Below are positions 60,930 to 64,000 of a DNA stretch of 64,000 nucleotides, piece after piece (position 1 is the first letter of the stretch; each line of letters begins with the position of its first letter). Position numbers and translations under genes: made by a program. Source of the stretch: Candidatus Bathyarchaeota archaeon (GTDB taxonomy: Archaea > Thermoproteota > Bathyarchaeia > TCS64); assembly GCA_963771885.1 (NCBI GenBank), contig CAVYVF010000023.1:768001-832000 (forward strand), in the 5' to 3' direction. The notes beneath the pieces were generated by a model that searched no databases, had not been told where the DNA came from, and was given only the letters and a program-made list of their open reading frames with translations.

Positions 60930-61790
60930 ATGAGTCACTCGCCCGGCGTAGGTAAATCAGGGAGAACTAGGGGCTTCGACAAGCCGAAGAAGGCGAAGAC
61001 CAGGAAGGTCTCTAACCGCCAATCCACGGGTCCACGCCGAGGTGTAAGCGAGGCGCAGACCTTACGGGAGGTCGTCGACAGGACACTCGCCGGTCTCGAT
61101 AACCTTGGCGCCCAGACATTCGCAACACCACCCTTCCATCAACACTATGATAGATGGCTCAAGAGCCTCATCACCGTCCTCGACGACTTCGAGGCGAGCT
61201 CCGCCGTGAAGGCAGATGACAGGTTCCACACTGACCGCGGCGAGCTCCTCACCGCCGTAGACGCGGTGCTAAAGGCGGAGCAGGTAAAGGAGGCGGAGCG
61301 AGAAAACAAGATACTCGGCACACGCGGCTCGAAAGACATGCTTCTGCAGGCGGAGCGCGAGCACGAGGCGCGGCAAAGAGAACTATCCGCCCGCAGAGAC
61401 GAGAAGTTGAAGGAGCTAGGCAGCGCCGTCGAGGCACTCCGCTCCGAGCTAGCCGTGCTGGCGGAGGAGAAGCCGGGGCTCTTAGAGAGGTTCACGAAGA
61501 AGAAGGCGCAGAGCGAGGAAACCCTGAGGGCGAGAATCACATCCGCTGATGGAGTGCTCAACGATGCAAAGGCGTCGTTCATTGAAGAGGCGGCGCGAGT
61601 GCAGAGCGAGTACGCCGAAAGGAGGCGCGGCATCCTCGAGATAGTTGCTGAGGAGCGGAAGGAGATCGAGAAGCTGGATGCTGAGGCTCAGGTCGACGGC
61701 TCGGTCGAGGTGCGCCGCGTGGCCTGCGAGGAGCTCACCGAAGCGGTCAAAGACCTCGTCGAGCGGCTCAAAGCGCCTGGACCATCCTAA
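60930..61790 (+). CDS. Hypothetical coiled-coil protein
   Basis: Basic N-terminal tail, then long E/K/R/A-rich heptads. Confidence 0.75.
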   Translation: MSHSPGVGKSGRTRGFDKPKKAKTRKVSNRQSTGPRRGVSEAQTLREVVDRTLAGLDNLGAQTFATPPFHQHYDRWLKSLITVLDDFEASSAVKADDRFHTDRGELLTAVDAVLKAEQVKEAERENKILGTRGSKDMLLQAEREHEARQRELSARRDEKLKELGSAVEALRSELAVLAEEKPGLLERFTKKKAQSEETLRARITSADGVLNDAKASFIEEAARVQSEYAERRRGILEIVAEERKEIEKLDAEAQVDGSVEVRRVACEELTEAVKDLVERLKAPGPS

Positions 61791-62860
61791 TTTATGCTTC
61801 TTAGAGCTTTCGCGACGCCCGAATGCCCGGCTTTCTCAGCGGCGGAGGCCGCCTCCACGACGTCGACTTCACGCGGCTTACTGCCCCAGAGCCTACACAG
61901 GTTGCCCGAGTATATCTCGTTGAGAACAGCCCGGGGAAGGTCGAGACCCGTGAAAGGCTCCTCGTAGCGGGTGAGTAGCTCGTCCGCCTCGTCGGGTGTG
62001 TAGAAGTCTTCAACCTTCTCAAGGAAGGCACGCAGCATCCACACGCGTGCTAGGTGCTCCTCGACCGTCTTGCTCATGCCTATGTCAGTGCCGAGGAATA
62101 TCCTGTCGGCATGGCGGGTGAAAAACCTCCTCCACTCCCCGCGCCTCCGACTAACCTCGTAGAGGAGCTCGACGCCGGGAGCAAGGTCCACGTGGGCGTT
62201 GGGGTATCTGGAGAAGAGATCGCCCAGTGTCTCTATGTGGGGTGAGAGGAAGAGCATGTGAGGGAAAACGACTTGGACGCCTGGGTGACGCGTGAGCACA
62301 TTCTCCACCTCCGAGTAAAGCTCCCCCTGCGTGGGGTAATCGCCCCTGAAGTAACCCCAGCCCCTCGCCTTCGCCCAGTCAGGCGTCCGCTCCTCGCTCC
62401 AGAACTCCTCGGGGTCCCCGACGTGACAGACGACAGGGAACCGTTTGTCCTCGCAGGCTTCCCAGAGCCCCTCGTAGGCGGGGGAGTCTAGAGGCGTGTG
62501 CTTGTCCCGTGTCACCGGCTTCGCACCCATCTCCCCGATGCCGTCATAGCCGAGGCCCATGAGCGACTCGACGTAGCCGCCCCAGTCGACGCTCTTCCAG
62601 CTGCCCGCCTCGAAGCTCCACGGCGCATAACCACCGGCGTAGAACCGGCCCGGATTCACCGCCTTAAGGTAGAGTGAGGAGTGGTCAGGGTTCCCGTAGA
62701 GATGCATACCGCTCAGCTGCCCGAGCCTCATCGTCTCCTCGAGCTCCCGCGACTTCGCCCCGAGGGCAGCCTCGCCAAATCTGTTATCAGCCCTCCATGG
62801 GGGCCACGGGTGGACGTGGCAGTCTATCACCGGCATGTCCGTGAAGTCTGAAAACTCCAT
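61787..62860 (-). CDS. Amidohydrolase (Amidohydro_2) family protein
   Basis: IDCHVH, GIGE, PV..HVGDP, PH, DR..LGTD, I..GN. Confidence 0.88.
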   Translation of the reverse strand: MEFSDFTDMPVIDCHVHPWPPWRADNRFGEAALGAKSRELEETMRLGQLSGMHLYGNPDHSSLYLKAVNPGRFYAGGYAPWSFEAGSWKSVDWGGYVESLMGLGYDGIGEMGAKPVTRDKHTPLDSPAYEGLWEACEDKRFPVVCHVGDPEEFWSEERTPDWAKARGWGYFRGDYPTQGELYSEVENVLTRHPGVQVVFPHMLFLSPHIETLGDLFSRYPNAHVDLAPGVELLYEVSRRRGEWRRFFTRHADRIFLGTDIGMSKTVEEHLARVWMLRAFLEKVEDFYTPDEADELLTRYEEPFTGLDLPRAVLNEIYSGNLCRLWGSKPREVDVVEAASAAEKAGHSGVAKALRSIN

Positions 62861-62980
62861 GGATCAACGGCTGGGCGTCAGCGGATAGAATTTGCGCCAA
62901 AAAAACCAATAATGACTCGTACCGATGTAGTCACCGTCTTTTCGGATAACCTATAAGCAACAACCGCATATAATATAACA

Positions 62981-63298
62981 ATGGCTTTCTCACAGCGCAG
63001 AACAAACCTACTCAGGGTGCTCGAGATCGAGTCCAAAATCAAGGACATCGAACACGGCGAGGAGTACCTGAGAGTGAAGAGGGAGATCAGGGTCCTCGAG
63101 AACGCCCACGGGGGCGGCGGGATCCTCACGGTGACCTCACCGGACGACATAAACGAGGTAGTCGAAATCAGGAAGAACAGCGTCGATGTAACGGAGTACC
63201 TCACGAAGTATAAGGGGCAGATGAGGTCAGTGATGGAGAAGATCGACTCCCTCAACGACGAGAAGATGAGGCTGAAGAAATCCCTCATCAATGGATGA
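62981..63298 (+). CDS. Hypothetical helix-hairpin-helix coiled-coil protein
   Basis: Two long amphipathic helices around a short beta segment; TATA-like box upstream. Confidence 0.75.
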   Translation: MAFSQRRTNLLRVLEIESKIKDIEHGEEYLRVKREIRVLENAHGGGGILTVTSPDDINEVVEIRKNSVDVTEYLTKYKGQMRSVMEKIDSLNDEKMRLKKSLING

Positions 63299-63332
63299 AG
63301 CGTAACCTGAACCATCTCACCGTTGGTGTCTC

Positions 63333-63351
63333 TTTAACATATTATGTTAAA
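63333..63351. promoter_or_regulatory. Perfect palindrome, putative operator
   Basis: TTTAACATA-T-TATGTTAAA upstream of the zinc-ribbon gene. Confidence 0.5.
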
Positions 63352-63423
63352 ATCGACCCAATATGAGACAATTTTTTAATATCTTTATATTAAGGCAGCC
63401 CCAAGATACTTTTGGGAGATTAC

Positions 63424-63669
63424 ATGGATCACATTTTCACGTTCAAGATGATTGTTCTAAACGATAGGCCGTCCGGGGGGAAGTTATTCAGCAAGGATAA
63501 TCTCCCAGAGTCGAAGAAGATGGATCCCTACGTCTCGGGGAAAGGCGCGCTGAACTACAACTGTGGCAAGTGCGACCACCTGATGTTGAAGTCTATCCGC
63601 CGAATCCAGATAATAGATGCCATATACAAGTGCCCAAAGTGCGGGTCTTTTAACCGGGTCAAGGTCTAG
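63424..63669 (+). CDS. Small zinc-ribbon protein (paralog of 20415..20684)
   Basis: TFKM...RPS...FSK...P.V.G.G.L.YNCGKC.H..L.S....QI..A.YKCPKCG..N. Confidence 0.8.
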   Translation: MDHIFTFKMIVLNDRPSGGKLFSKDNLPESKKMDPYVSGKGALNYNCGKCDHLMLKSIRRIQIIDAIYKCPKCGSFNRVKV

Positions 63670-64000
63670 CCGCGGGTGATCGAGAAAACGGCCGGTGGCT
63701 TTTTTGAGCGTCTACGAGAGGATAGAGAGGATGCAGGAAAAGGATCCCGACAAGATGTACTGTGGAAACTTCTCCGTATACCACAAGTCAGGCGGTAACC
63801 TTCCCCCGAGGAAAACACCTCGAGTTAACAAGATACGGGTCATGAAGAGCCCCGACGACGAGTAGGCATCCTCACCTTTTCTATCAGTGAATCCTACTAG
63901 TAAGATGCCGCCGAAGACAAAGACAATGGCGGCACTCAACTAAATACGTGTGCACACCGTGATCCCCCTGTGGAATTTTAGTAGTAGCCCAACTGCAATA

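Noticed and set aside
63325..63352. dif site (GGTGTCTCTTT AACATA TTATGTTAAAA resembles the E. coli dif right arm)
   Set aside because: The left arm lacks the inner ATAA/TAA needed for Xer symmetry; a simple 9-1-9 palindrome explains it better.
63712..63939. 75-aa minus-strand ORF at the window end
   Set aside because: No motif and atypical composition; may be a fragment but cannot be supported from this window.

Overview
Archaeal chromosomal segment, most likely Bathyarchaeia/TACK. Evidence: ribosomal protein S30e, archaeal-type AsnA and CoaD, DUF371/DUF763, and TATA-like boxes about 25 bp before many starts. It holds about 75 mostly metabolic genes: a corrinoid methyltransferase cluster facing a core methionine synthase, a divergent glycerate-kinase/enolase pair, split transketolase plus transaldolase, a DUF1537-PdxA-LarA-like acid-sugar operon, a Mo/W oxidoreductase, a serpin and tRNA-Ala(GGC). 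About seven genes carry single-base frameshifts that look like assembly errors. No CRISPR array, transposase or integrase is evident. The most striking unexplained feature is a roughly 600-bp non-coding region at 25.1-25.7 kb. It has 11 same-strand, helically phased TT(A/T)ACA-type hexamers bracketed by inverted repeats plus an ORB-like element, and it sits where the + strand appears to switch from G-rich to C-rich, making it a candidate replication origin (or terminus) with no cdc6/orc1 nearby. The ORF track also missed an S30e gene that starts at ATA behind a perfect Shine-Dalgarno and a long structured leader, a 55-aa Cys-rich ORF and a GyrI-like pseudogene. All functional calls come from motif recognition by eye; no database searches were run.
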